DNA of 64,000 nucleotides from Mustelus asterias. Its lineage: Eukaryota. Location: contig NC_135807.1 of NCBI RefSeq assembly GCF_964213995.1, forward strand, positions 73,718,001-73,782,000. Direction: 5' to 3'. Below are positions 13,615 to 25,975 of the stretch, piece by piece. Position 1 is the stretch's first letter. Each line of letters opens with the position of its first letter. The notes under the pieces are model-generated. The model was not told the DNA's origin. It did not search any database and saw only the letters and a program-made list of their open reading frames with translations. A program made the translations under genes and the position numbers.

Positions 13615-13756
13615 AGAGCTGTGAATAAGAGTCGTACGGACTCAAAACATTAACTTGTTTCTTTCTCCACAGATGCTGCCAGATCTGCAGAGGTCTTCCA
13701 GCATTTTCTTCTTTTTTACAGATTTCCAGCATCCGCAGTGTTTTGCTTTTATTTTA
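13615..13756 (+). mobile_element. Penelope-like family 2 pseudo-LTR fragment
   Basis: Decayed hammerhead-like GAGTC..GACTC.AAAC, then ACAGATGCTGCCAGATCTGC..TTTCCAGCATCCGCAG shared with 18101-18490, ~26910-27010 and 48715-48865. Confidence 0.6.
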
Positions 13757-14133
13757 GTGTACAAACCTGACCTTGCCATTACCAAACACCTTGGCCAAAT
13801 ATATGTGAGGACCACATAGGTTCACAACTCTTCCTGATAGCAACTTCAACAACTTGTGATGGTGATTCTTCATTCTATTCTTCTGGTTCAACTTCAGATT
13901 TCTTTCTTTCACTCCACTCCTATAATGACCCTCTTACTGTCTTGATTGTTTTCCTTCTACTGTGCTAAATGTGGATTTAGCAATGAAAATCTTAATTTGG
14001 GTTGTTTTCTAAGAAATCGTTGAGCTGGTGTTCCGCTGGCAGAAATGTGAGATGGTTACGATAGGTAAAATTTGCCAGTCTGTGATCCAATGAAGACTGA
14101 CGTTTCTTCAGATTTGTTTCTGGCATTTGTCTG

Positions 14134-14396
14134 ACACAGTAAGAAGTTTAACAACACCAGGTTAAAGTCCAACAGGTTTATTTGGTAGCAAAAGCCACAC
14201 AAGCTTTCGAAGCTCTAAGCCCCTTCTTCAGGTGAGTGGGAATTCTGTTCACAAACAGAGTTTATAAAGACACAGACTCAATTTACATGAATAATGGTTG
14301 GAATGCGAATACTTACAACTAATCAAGTCTTTAAGAAACAAAACAATGGGAGTGGAGAGAGCATCAAGACAGGCTAAAAAGATGTGTATTGTCTCC
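14134..14396 (-). mobile_element. Penelope-like family 1 pseudo-LTR inserted into the Gypsy remnant
   Basis: Reverse complement matches 40895-41091. Confidence 0.85.
14198..14234 (-). ncRNA. Minimal type I hammerhead ribozyme motif
   Basis: CAC-CTGAAGA-A-GGGGCT(TAG)AGCTTC-GAAA-GCTT-GTG. Confidence 0.7.
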
Positions 14397-17286
14397 TTCT
14401 ACTCCTTCTACTGCTTGACATACTCCACACTGTTTCACTTTGTTTTCAATGTCCTTATCAAACCAAAGATAGTTATTTGCTAAAGTCTTTGTCAAACATA
14501 TCCTTCTGCGTTAACCATGAAGATCACACACAACTGTGATCTGTACTTTCCAGGAATTACAACTCGGGTTCTCCACATGACGCAACGTTAATCAACTGAC
14601 AATTAATTCTTATCTATAAAATATGGTCTGATTTCTAATTCCAATACCCTTGTAGGCATACACCCTTATCAATATAGGGTCCCTAAGAGTTGTTCTACCA
14701 ATGTCATCTACTGTGACTGACACCTCATTTATGTACAAAAAGAAAAATACATCTTCCCTGTTGGACTCTACCTCTGATGGTGATGGTAATCTAGACATTG
14801 CATCAGCATCACAGTGATCTTTTGATGTTGGTACAGTTCCAGTATCCTTTATCCATAATTCTGAAAACTAAATACATCCAAAAAGACACTATTTTGAAAC
14901 TCGTCAAACTTTAGCACAGGATGTCTATGACCTGAACTGACAGGACCCGAGCCGACTGCACCTAACCTTTGTTACTCAATGGTCTATTTTACTTTTCCAA
15001 CCATTTTATTTACTTTAGACTATAGCGAGCCTAGCCTTAAACCATTGTAATGGAAGTAGGCTGAGGCGTATATGCAGTATCTGTAAGCAGAAATGATCTG
15101 AGATCCGAAATGCAATCACCCTCAAAGGTTTTGGATAAATGACACTCAACTTGCATTTGATGTCAGACTGATACGCAGACAAAATCAAAGCCTATCTCTG
15201 TATTTGGGCTGCAGCTACCATGGACACTGAAGACTGGATTCCGAATAGCAATTAATGGCTTATGATCAGTTATGATCGTGAAACTATTTATGAAACAAGT
15301 ATTTATGAAATCTTCTTACTCAAAAAAATCAACAACATTGATTCATATTCTTTCTGAGCATAATTTCACTCACTGGCATTGAGATAACGAGAGGCAAATG
15401 TATTTGGTCTCTCCTCCTGATCACAGCACCTTCTCTATCACATATTAGCTTAATCCTTTTGGGCATGTTATAATGTACAACCGTTGTATTCTCTGCAAGT
15501 TGACTTTTATTCAGTTTGAATGCCTTGTCACACTCCTTCGTCCAATTTCACACAACACTCTTCCTCAAGAATTATTTCAATGGACGCAACAATATTGCCA
15601 AATCTGGTCTGAATTTACTGTAGTAATTCATGAGGCCCAAAAAAGATCTGAGCTCAGAAATGATCTGAGAGTGTGATGCAGTTCTTGTTTCTCGAACCTT
15701 ACTCTTGGTAGGATGTAACCCATCTTTGCCTACCCCGTGACCCAAGTACTCTACAGAGTTTTCAAACATTTCCCATGTTTGCAGCTTCATCTCAATTCTA
15801 TGCTTTTCCAACCGTTGGAGCTTCTCTTTCAGTCTGTGATCATGGATATGACTGTTTGGAACTGAAATAAAAATGTCATCCAAATAGCACACTAGTCCCT
15901 CAATTCCTGGCCAAACTTGGTTCATCCCTTGGAAACTGACAGAGGCTAAAGGTACACTATACCTTTAATCGTAGGAAACTGTAACAGACCTGCTTGTGTA
16001 TTGCTAGTCAATTATGACACAGATTGATCATCTAACTCAAGCTGCAGATAAGCATTTGTCAGATCTAACTTTGAAAAAGTCTGGCCTCCTGACAACATTG
16101 TGAACAGATCCTCCACATTTGGCAGCTTTCAAGGCTACAATAAGCTTCCTGATCCTTGTTCCAAAATGATACATTTCTACCATCTCCAAAGGCTTGCGAT
16201 TGTGCTGCTGCTCAAGCTTCATCAAAATGTCTTTCAATGGCATATTCTTTGGCTTTGCTGGAGTGAGCAAATCATCTACATCCAGGCCTACTTCAGTCAA
16301 AAATATTACCCTTTTCTTTTCCCACACTGCCTTGTTGACAGCTGAATATACAACATCTATGAGCATAATTGTAAACGATCTCTCACCGCTCCACATACAC
16401 ACCAAAAAACTGTCATCGCAGCCTTACTCCCCAGTCACTCGATAATTCCCATTAATGCAGCCACCTTGGAAGATCAGTCCACCGAGTTTTGGACGTATTT
16501 TAAGACCTTTTTTTCCAACAAATAACACTCACAAGTCCCTCAGCTGGTCATCTGGAAACCTTTCCAACCAAAAGGTTCTCGGCTAGGGAATCCACCATCC
16601 CATCTTTGTTGCCAAACTGTCGTACCTTTCCTGACAACATCACTTGTGTGCACAACATGGAGCTTGGGAAATAGGCTGGTTTAGTTTGTTTTATTTTATA
16701 CACATGAATGGTCACAAAATGTCACTACTACACTCACCGAAGAGATTCATGCAAAATGTGAAATACGTAAAAGTGTCGAAGGTTGCCAGTGCAACCTATT
16801 GTAAGCCTTCTATTGGCACGTGACTTTAATGAGGTCTTGGATCTAAAATTATAATAAGACAAAGGCAGAAATATTTTCATTTTACACTTTTCATAGACAC
16901 AGCAACCTAATTAGTCTTTCCATTGCAATAATGGCAAGGACAAGAGGTGATTGTGGATAAAATTATAAATGTCCCTCTCCAAACTAACTGCCATATTTGG
17001 CAAGCCACTTTACATGCTGTCAAATAATTTTCCCTTCTGAGATTTGTTTTGGGGCATACACAATAGGCAGCAGGTAAGCTCAGTTGGCTGGAAGGAGAGT
17101 GTCTGTGGTTCAGAATACTGCCAAATGCGTGAGTTTGATTCCTATTCCAGCTGAGGTAAACGTTAGACCTTCCTCCTTGCCCTGCCCCAGCAAGTGGAAG
17201 GCAATGGCAAACCACAACTGACAACAAAAAATAGCCAAGACTACAACTCAGGATTAAGCATTAGCAGACAATGAGCCAAGGACGGT

Positions 17287-17641
17287 GGGCGGGCACGGTA
17301 GCACAGTGGTTAGCACTGCTGCTTCACAGCTCCAGGATCCCGGGTTCGATTCCCGGCTCGGGTCACTGTCTGTGTGGAGTTTGCACATTCTCCTCGTGTC
17401 TGCGTGGGTTTCCTCCGGGTGCTCCGGTTTCCTCCCACAGTCCAAAGATGTGCGGGTTAGGTTGATTGGCCAGGTTAAAAATTGCCCCTTAGACTCCTGA
17501 GATGCGTAGGTTAGAGGGATTAGCGGGTAAAAATATGTGTGGGGGTAGGGCCTGGGTGGGATTGTGGTCGGTGCAGACTCGATGGGCCGAATGGCCTCCT
17601 TCTGCACTGTAGGGTTTCTATGATTTCTATGATTTCTATGA
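17287..17641 (+). mobile_element. Full-length HE1-type (V-domain) tRNA-derived SINE
   Basis: A box TAGCACAGTGG, B box GGTTCGATTCC, V-domain GTGGGTTTCCTCCGGGTGCTCCGGTTTCCTCCCAC, CR1-like tail with (TTTCTATGA)3. Confidence 0.92.
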
Positions 17642-18100
17642 CCTGTCTTCGGGCAGAGCACACATGAATGAATGAATGTATGTGATGTTGGCATGCATGT
17701 TTATTGTTCAGTTCTAAGTCTAACTCAATATTTTCCCACGGAATAGAAACTCCTGGGCAATCATAACCTGCAAGCGAAGTGAATGATGCTGTCATATTGA
17801 ACTGTCAACTGAAACACAGTAGGAAGAAGGATACATTGTGATATGTAGGACATGTCCTTGTAAGACATCTCAGCATCCAATACATGTCATGGTGTGATGT
17901 TGTGGCAACAGGTAAGTTCTGTATTTATCTCTTAATGAAAGACAAATTCCTTTGTGCGAGGAGAACATTACAAGAATAGGCACTAGACTGCAGTTACAGA
18001 TTTATCTTCTCTAATCAACTCCATGGTCTCCAATATATTTAGAGTGAGATTATCCTGGGAATTTAGGGACTTGAGATCAGGTGTACAACATCTACCTATC

Positions 18101-18490
18101 AGAAAAAGCAAAGTATTGTGGATGCTGGAAATCTGAAATAAAACACAAAATGCTGAATAAGTTCAGCAGGTCTGGCAGCATCTGTAGAGAGAGAAACAGA
18201 GTTAATGTTTCAAGTCCATATGACTCTTCTACAGAAGATCATATGAACTCAAAACGTTCGCCAAAATCTTGCTACCATTCAAGCCAGCGGCGACGGGTGC
18301 GTTCAATGGGAAACCCCATTGACAGCGGCAGGACCATAAGATCCTGCCGCCAGTGAGCGCGTGCCACCTCCCACTGCCGTGAAACACGCCGCGGGGTGGG
18401 AGCAAAATCCCTCCCAATAAATGTTTCTCTCTCCACAGGTGATGCCAGACCTGCTGAGTTTATCCAGCATTTTCTGCTTTTTATCTATCA
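18101..18490. mobile_element. Penelope-like family 2 inverted pseudo-LTR pair split by a small Harbinger-type MITE (18259-18415)
   Basis: Left arm ..CAGCAGGTCTGGCAGCATCTGTAGAGAGAGAAAC.. is the reverse complement of right arm ..GTTTCTCTCTCCACAGGTGATGCCAGACCTGCTG.. Confidence 0.7.
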
Positions 18491-19384
18491 GCCTCATTTT
18501 ACCAACTATACACTTCATCACTCTGGAATTGCCTTGAAATTGAAAGGTGTGTCCTTTATGAGAACCTCTTGCTATATTTTTATGGCTGTGAGACAAAATT
18601 ATGCCATTAAAGATAAGGAAGTATTCCACATGAATATGCAGTTGACTGAGATGAAATTAGGTGTGTGAATGTGCCATGTCCTAACAGAATGCTCACAGGA
18701 TAAGATATAGAATGACCTGTAAGGTGGGGATCAAAAATATTTAAAAGACACAGGTGATGTGACAAAAGGAACATTATGAGATATAATATTTACCAAACTT
18801 CCATGGCAGCTGCTCATAGACACAAGAGAAACAGTAAAACACATGCAAATCAGTAACCAAATTGCTGCAGGATACAGAACCTTTGATGCTATCAGAACTT
18901 TGAACTATGATATTGTCAGTGTAATGTTTTAACAATACGTATGACAGTTTACTTAAAGGGTGTATAAAAAGACAACGAAAATTTACTGTAAATGCTTGCT
19001 CTCATTTCAAAATGTCACAAAAAAACAAGTTGTGATTGTGCTCTGATGGGTTGTGTAAATCGCTTCAAGTACTTTCATGTCTCATGCGTCCAAGTCATGT
19101 GATCGTATAGCTTAAGGTTGACACACATCAATATCACCGTAGAAAATGAGGGCAGTTGTCAGACCAGTTGAAGACTGACGGGAACAATGTACGTTTGGAC
19201 CATTGACGTTTATAGAGCAGAGGATGCCATTCAGCTCATTGTGCCTGTGTCAGCACTACTAGAAAAGTCCACAGCTAATTGCCCTGCTTTGTGCTCTCCC
19301 GATAGCCTTGCACCTTCTTCCACTTCAAATATTTATTGAAATTTTCCTTTAAACATGCATTGACCTGTGATTTAACCATTCTCT

Positions 19385-20074
19385 GGGGCGATATTAAGTC
19401 ATGCTTGCTGTCTCTGCGAATGTCAGCAGGGGCTCAAGATCTGGAAGTCGCAGATCTCGCGGCGAGATCTCAAGTTCAGACCATCCCTGCTTCTCGCTAG
19501 CGATGTCATGGGGCGTGAACCTTCTTTACATGAATTTCAATAAATTTTAATATCATTAACCTGTCCCCTTGCAAGATATTGACTTCATGCTGTATATTGG
19601 TGTCATGTCAGCACAACTTCAGACAGGACATAAACCTGTCATGGGGGTCTCCCCACCGGTGTAAAGGTAACTATAGCCCCGAGTGGAGAGGGGCGTGGCC
19701 TGGCACTGCCCCCTAGCACTGCCTCTTGGCAAAGGTCGGCACTGTCAGGTTGACACCATGCCAACTTGGCAATGCCAACCTGTGCCAAGGGGCGGGCCCC
19801 AGAGGGAACCTCATGGGGTGGGGGGGGGGTGCATTTAGATGTGCTGGTGGCTGGGAGTGGACAGGGGAGCTGGGGACACTGGCAATGGCCAAGGGAGGGA
19901 GCCAGTGTGTTGAGCCCCATCCCCCCGTATGACAGCGTGAAACATGTTCCCATGTTTGTTTTGGCAGAGTGTGGTAAGATCTGGAGAAAAAACTAGCTTG
20001 TTTCTCTGGAAGGAAACATGCCAGTTTTCTCACCGGAAACAGCATCCTGCCATTTTTTGGTAAGATTTACCCCC
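19385..20074. mobile_element. Harbinger-type MITE inserted into an old CR1 remnant (~19215-19380 and ~20500-20980, minus strand)
   Basis: GGGGCGATATTA / TAAGATTTACCCCC termini; interior similar to 10539-11799 in reverse. Confidence 0.6.
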
Positions 20075-20134
20075 TCTGTGTACAGGAATTTCTTCAAACT
20101 TTGCTCTCAGAGAAAAGTTTTATTTTTAAAAAAA

Positions 20135-20490
20135 TTTGCGTTCATGGGATGTGATCATCACTGGCTAGACCAGCATTTATTGCCCATCCCTAATTGCCCT
20201 TGAGAAAGGCGGCGATGATCCACTTTCTTGAACCACTGCAGTCCATGTGGTGTAGGTACATCCAGAGCGCCACTAAGAAGTGAGTTGCAGAACTTTGATC
20301 CAACGATAATGAAGGAACAGTGATATATTTCCACATTAGGATAATGTGTGGCTTGGGAGAGGAACTTGCAGGTGGTGTTCCTATTCGTCTACTGCTCTTG
20401 TTCTTTTTGGTGGGAGAGTTCACAGGTTTGGAAGGTGCTGTCGAAGGATCCTTGGTGAGTTGCCGCAGTGCATCTTGTAAATGGCACAAT
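20135..20490 (-). mobile_element. LINE family B 3' fragment
   Basis: Same tail and 3' region as 2000-2552. Confidence 0.8.
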
Positions 20491-21469
20491 TTTTATTTAA
20501 TGATCCCTATTACTGACTCCCCAGTCAAAGGAAATAGTCTTTCCCAATTCACTTAATCAGAATCCTTCACACTTTTAAAACACTCTCTTAAATCTCCTCT
20601 TGACCACTCCAGTGAAATAGTTTCTGTATCTGCAATCTCCTCACTACGATCATCCCTGGTGAATTTATACTGTACGCTTCATATGGTTTTAATGCCCTTT
20701 CTATATTGGATGCCCAAAAGTATACTTAGTTCTCTAACCATTGCCTAACCAATGTTTTGTAAAAGTTTATTATTACTTCTTAATTTACTTAATTAACATA
20801 TTTGCAATAAATTGTGTATTCCATCTGTCTGCCCATTCATTAAGTTGAATGTACCTCTTCCTGAAGTCTTTTACAATCATCTTGCTGTTCATGTAAATTT
20901 TGAACTTGTGTTCCTAGCACTCAAATCCAAAACATCTATATCTACCAAGATCAAAAGTGAAACCATCACTTACTTTTGGGGCAATTTTTAAGATTGCAGA
21001 GTACATGGGTTTAGAAGTAGCTGGCAGGGGTGAGGGGAGGGTGGGTTTCATCCACTAGAAAAGCTAGTGTGTCAGGCAGCCAGCTCCAACCCACCGACTT
21101 TCGGGTTTAACTCGGGGACCTTCGGCAGACTATCCCCTCAGGAGAAGTTGGTTATCAATTTAAGTATGGAAATTGCTCCAATGTAGTGATACTTCAACGT
21201 CCTTTCAAATTTATTGTTGCATGCGTAGCTTTTAATGGATTCCTGAAACCTGCCATTGAAACCAAGGTGAGAACACAAAGCAAATTCTGGTAAGTACTGC
21301 AATAAATACTCAGACCTCACAGCCGCTTTCATACGTTAGAGGTTACTTACTACATTTTGAATGTTCTGAGGTTCGGATCAGGATGTATGACATCTTGACT
21401 GCCTTAGATTGTTTCCTTGTGTGGTCAAGATCTAGACAGGGGTTTTGGGGATTGTCTATTCTCCTAATG

Positions 21470-22460
21470 TGTGCTGCTCGAGTCCGTAGTTTCTCAAAAC
21501 CATTATTCTTTATTTACAGGAAGTATTTACACTTTGGACCTCTACACGAGGTTGGAGCTTCTCCTCTTTCCAGGTCTCTCTTACTTCTCAGTCATGTGAT
21601 CTAACATCATTATTACATCAGCACCATGTATGCTAATAATGTTAACCCTTTACTCTACGTCTGCCCCCAGATCTTTATCCCTATCATATTTACATCCTCC
21701 TATATCTCCCCCCAAATTCTCAGACTTCACAGGGTTAGTCTCTGAGGTGTCTTGATTAATCTCCCCAATCTCATGCCGATCTCCTTTTGACGGTGAGGAT
21801 ATTCTGTTGGTGTGAGTGATCTACCAGGTGGCTGTAGAGCTAGTAGCAAGTCTTTTATCTTCTTCATCAAGATCAGAGTAGTAAACCCAAGTTTTTTATT
21901 GGCTTTTTCTTCATGAATATTAAGGAACCGTGGTATCTCCTAACAATACCCTGGGTCCGTTTCAATTCTATATAATCTTGGCTGTGGAGTTTTTTTTTCG
22001 ATGATTGTGCTTTCCTGCTGTGTTTTGGACTCTTTTCCCAGACTTCAGCACTGATCTCTCATATGGATATGCCTATGATTAAAGTTCCAAGTCTGGTTGC
22101 TTCTCTGTTCTTCCTCACGCTATTTCACCCTTGTGGTTTCTTTGGTGATATTGGGTTTGAGTTTTTGCTCTAAAATTAAAGCCGTGTTCTCAATCTCCTA
22201 CTCGTGGGAAGAAACCATTTTACAGTGCTGAGGTTCGATGAGTCAGAAAAGCTAGATAAATAAATGTCTTTGTTTTTCTTCAATATATCTTTGATGGTTC
22301 ATACCACTCTTTCAGCTTCTCCATTCACTTGAGGATAGCGAGGTGAACTGGTTGAATGAACAAAGCCATATTTGTTAGCAAAATTGTGGGATAGCTCATT
22401 TGCAAGTTACTTCCTCTGTGATATTATGCAATCTATTTACTTTAATCCACCGTGAGTAGT
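21470..22460 (-). mobile_element. Decayed Gypsy integrase, PPT and 3' LTR
   Basis: FANKYGFVHSTSSPRYPQVNGEAER at ~22310-22385; polypurine tract GGGGGGAG at ~21706-21713 next to an LTR-like segment. Confidence 0.75.
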
Positions 22461-23564
22461 GATCAATGACAATAAAGAAGGTTTTTACCTAAATTCAAAT
22501 ATGCCCATTCCCAAGTGCTACCCACAGCCTTGATGGAAAAGTAGAAGATAATAATGATTCTTTTTGTTTTTTGGCTGTTTGCAGCACAAGTAAGCTAGTT
22601 AGAAATAATTTCTTCCATAGAGTGAGTAATGCCTAGCTACCAGACTGACTGCTGTGCTCTTGCACTACATTTAACTATTCCTAGATGATCTTAGTGAAGT
22701 CTTTGAAGAATATTAAGCTGAAATGTTCTCAGTATGACTTTTCTCACTGAAGGTTAACAAGTCGTCAATGAGTGTGAGATGCTTGTGCTGTTCAAGAAAT
22801 GCCATAGTCCCGATATTACTCTGACAATCTGTGTTGCACCAGCTCCAACGTCAATCTGTGCTTCCAAAGGAGCTCTGCCCACAATTAAACACAGTACTCT
22901 AAATGCGTTACAAGTGCATAAACCCAATGTTACACCCGTTAGGGTTATGTGAGCATGTCGGAAAAGATGTGCCTTTGCAAGAAAAGCTATTCTTCAGATC
23001 CTATTGCACAGGCAGGAAAGTAATCAGGAGATGCCGAAAAGTGAAGGTGCATGGCCACATGAACACAACTTGTACATCAGCAGGGAGTCGGTGAGATCAT
23101 ATTTGTTTCCAATAACTTGAGAGATGATGCCCTTGGAAATGTCAGTGTGACCTACACAATAAAACAAGTGTAATTGGATAAGTACGTCAACATCAGCACC
23201 TCCAACTTAGTGTCTGAGACTGGCCTGAGAGTGTCAATCTCTTTAGATTCTACTGTAGAGTCCAACAGTGTGTAGTGATCTGAAATGGAGAATCTCTACA
23301 AAGAGGGGAAAACAGAAGAAACACAAATATCCCCAAAGCACCTGACAATAGAGATATTTTGTGTGGTGGAAAAATAATTGGAGAATGTTCATTTTTTTAT
23401 TTATCAAGTACGAGTCATTCTGGGATATTTTAGAACCTCACCATTAGGGCTGATTCTGTGATCCTGGAGATCAGTTGGATATCTCATGAATGGAGAGTGG
23501 GGAGTTAACCTCACTAGATTCACTAAGATTATGACATTGTAATAATATGCAAGTTTTAAAAACT

Positions 23565-24795
23565 TATTTCATGGGATGTGGGTGTCACTGCCTAGGCCAG
23601 CAATTGTATTTCCCATACCTAATTGCCCTTGAGACAGGGGTGGTGAGCCATCTTTGTGAACCACTGCAGCAGTCCGTGTGGTGTAAGCACACCCACAGTG
23701 CTGGTTAGGAGAAAGTTCCAGGATTTTGACCCAGTGATAGTGAAGGAATGGTATATAGCCTGAAGGGAAAAATGCAGGTGGTGATGTACCCATGCATCTG
23801 ATGCCATTGTCCTTCTAGGTGGTAGAGGTCATGAGTTTGGAAGGCGTTGTTGAAAGACCCCTGGTGAATTGCTGCAGTGCATCTTGTAGATGGTACACGC
23901 TGCTGCCACCATGCATTAGTGAGGGAATGGATGTTGGAGGTGGTGGAGGGGATGCAAATCAAGCGAACTGCGTGGTCTTGGATGGTGTAGAGCTTCTTGA
24001 GGGTTTGTGGAGCGTTACTCATTCAGCCAAGTGGAGAGAATTCCATTACACTCCTGACTTGTGCCTTGTAGAAGGTGGACAAACTTTGGGAAAGCAGGGG
24101 GTGAGCCTCCGATCTGTTCTTGTAGCCGCAGTATTTATATGGCTAATCCAATTCAGTTTCTGGACAATTATACCCCCAAGACGTTAATAGTAGGAGATTC
24201 AGATATGGTAATACTATTAAATGTCATGGGGGGATGGTTGGATTCTCTCCTGTTGGAGATGGTTCAATGCTTGGCACTGTGTGACCTTTACTTGGCACTT
24301 GTCATCCCAACCCAGAATGTTGTGCTAGTCTTGCTGCATATGTGCGTGGGCTGCTTCAGTATCTGAGGAGTCGAAAATGGTGCTGACCATTATGCAATCA
24401 TCAGTGAACATCCCCACTTCTGACCTCATGGTGGAGCGATGGTCATTAATAAAGCAGCTAAAGATGTTTGGGCTGAGGACACTACCCTGAGGAATTTCTG
24501 CATTGACGTCCTGGTATTGGTATGATTGACTTCCAACAACAACAATAATCTTCCTTAGTGCTCACTCAGTATGTCTCCAAGCAGTAGAGAGTTTTCCCCC
24601 TGATTCCCAATGACTTCAGCTTTGCTCGAGTTCCTTGATGCCACACATGGTCAAATACAACCTTGATATCTAGGACAGTCACGCTCACCTCACCCCTAGA
24701 TTTCAGCTTTTTTCTCCATGTTCAGACCAAGGCTTACTGAGGTCAGAAGCTAAGTGACCCTGACGGAAATCAAACTGAATGTTGGTGAGCATCTA
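23565..24795 (-). mobile_element. LINE family B RT and 3' remnant
   Basis: Reverse complement of 4780-6000; EVGMFTDD near 24395-24420, PQGSVL near 24480. Confidence 0.85.
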
Positions 24796-25647
24796 CTTGA
24801 GGAAGGTAGCCATATTTGAAATGAAGGGAACTCTATGGCACAAGCTAATATATAGGTTTGGAGGTGGTTAACAGTGCGATTGCTTCCTCCCACATAGACC
24901 CTGGCAGCAGGTTAAAAAATATTTAGGCCTGGGAAAGGATTAAAATAAAGTTAGTCACAATTTTGCAATTCAAATTATACCTGCGTACGTACTTTACATG
25001 CCACATGCACTGTGGTCTAAAAGTGGAGCAGTATCTGTGAAGAAGAATGGGATGCAATGGCACAACCATTCATATCTTGATCACCAATATTTTCATGTCC
25101 TGATACTTCAGCATGAACCTTTGTGGCTAGAACAGAGAAACATTTCTAACATAATATTGAACTGTTTCATGTTGTATTACCAAGTCAAAATGCCACCTGA
25201 AGTTATTTGCATGCAACTTAATTATTTTTAAACAATATGGGATGTTGGGATGTAGACTGAACAATGAGGTATCGAGTTCAGTGTTATTTCCTGCTGCTGA
25301 AAGCCAAAAGGTTAAGTTGGGCTGTTGACAGGCCTCCAATGTCTAAATGCTGAAGCCCCATGAGAGCAAATGTTATCCTCCAATTCGTGGGAACTGATGA
25401 AGTAGAGGATATGTGCTGGCAAAGATTGGTGGCAAATACTCCCTCCTCATTGCTTCCTTTTAAAATTCTCTCACTCAGTAGCATCCAGTCACAGCACCCT
25501 CGCAGCTGCATAGCCCTCAAGAGACAATAACAGTATCCTGGCTAATAAATACATGATGTGGAGATGCCGGCGTTGGACTGGGGTAAACACAGTAAGAAGT
25601 CTCACAACACCAGGTTAAAGTCCAACAGATTTATTTGGTAGCAAATA

Positions 25648-25684
25648 CCATAAGCTTTCGGAGCACTGCTCCTTCGTCAGATGG
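25648..25684 (-). ncRNA. Minimal hammerhead ribozyme motif (left arm)
   Basis: Exact reverse complement of 25939-25975. Confidence 0.72.
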
Positions 25685-25938
25685 AGTGGAAATGTGCTCT
25701 CAAACAGTGCACAGACACAGAAATCAAGTTACAGAATACTAATTAGAAACTTGATGTCTGTGTCGATATGCGCAATCTTCTTGGAGATCTTAACTACCAT
25801 CGACACCGCAAACTGCCAGCTCCAAGTGGAGAGGATCTCCAAGAAGATCGGGCATATCGACACAGACATCAAGTTTCTAATTAGTATTCTGTAACTTGAT
25901 TTCTGTGTCTGTGCACTGTTTGAGAGCACATTTCCACT

Positions 25939-25975
25939 CCATCTGACGAAGGAGCAGTGCTCCGAAAGCTTATGG
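25939..25975 (+). ncRNA. Minimal hammerhead ribozyme motif (right arm)
   Basis: CCAT-CTGACGA-A-GGAGC(AGT)GCTCC-GAAA-GCTT-ATGG. Confidence 0.72.

Larger units (their letters stand above)
13760..16860 (-). mobile_element. Decayed Gypsy LTR retrotransposon (gag, RT, RNase H and integrase remnants)
   Basis: RT YLDD..VEYLGH..ELRSFLGLMNYY (15572-15925); gag FLTEVG..LTPAKP (16037-16405); PBS-like TGGCAACAAAG near 16605-16615 next to an LTR-like segment. Confidence 0.85.

Noticed and set aside
17287-17365. tRNA-like A and B boxes (also at 36021 and ~49850-49905)
   Set aside because: SINE heads followed by a V-domain and LINE tail; no cloverleaf or terminator.
25694-25929. Two nearly identical 66-aa ORFs on opposite strands
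   Set aside because: A direct consequence of the palindrome; not a gene pair or toxin-antitoxin system.
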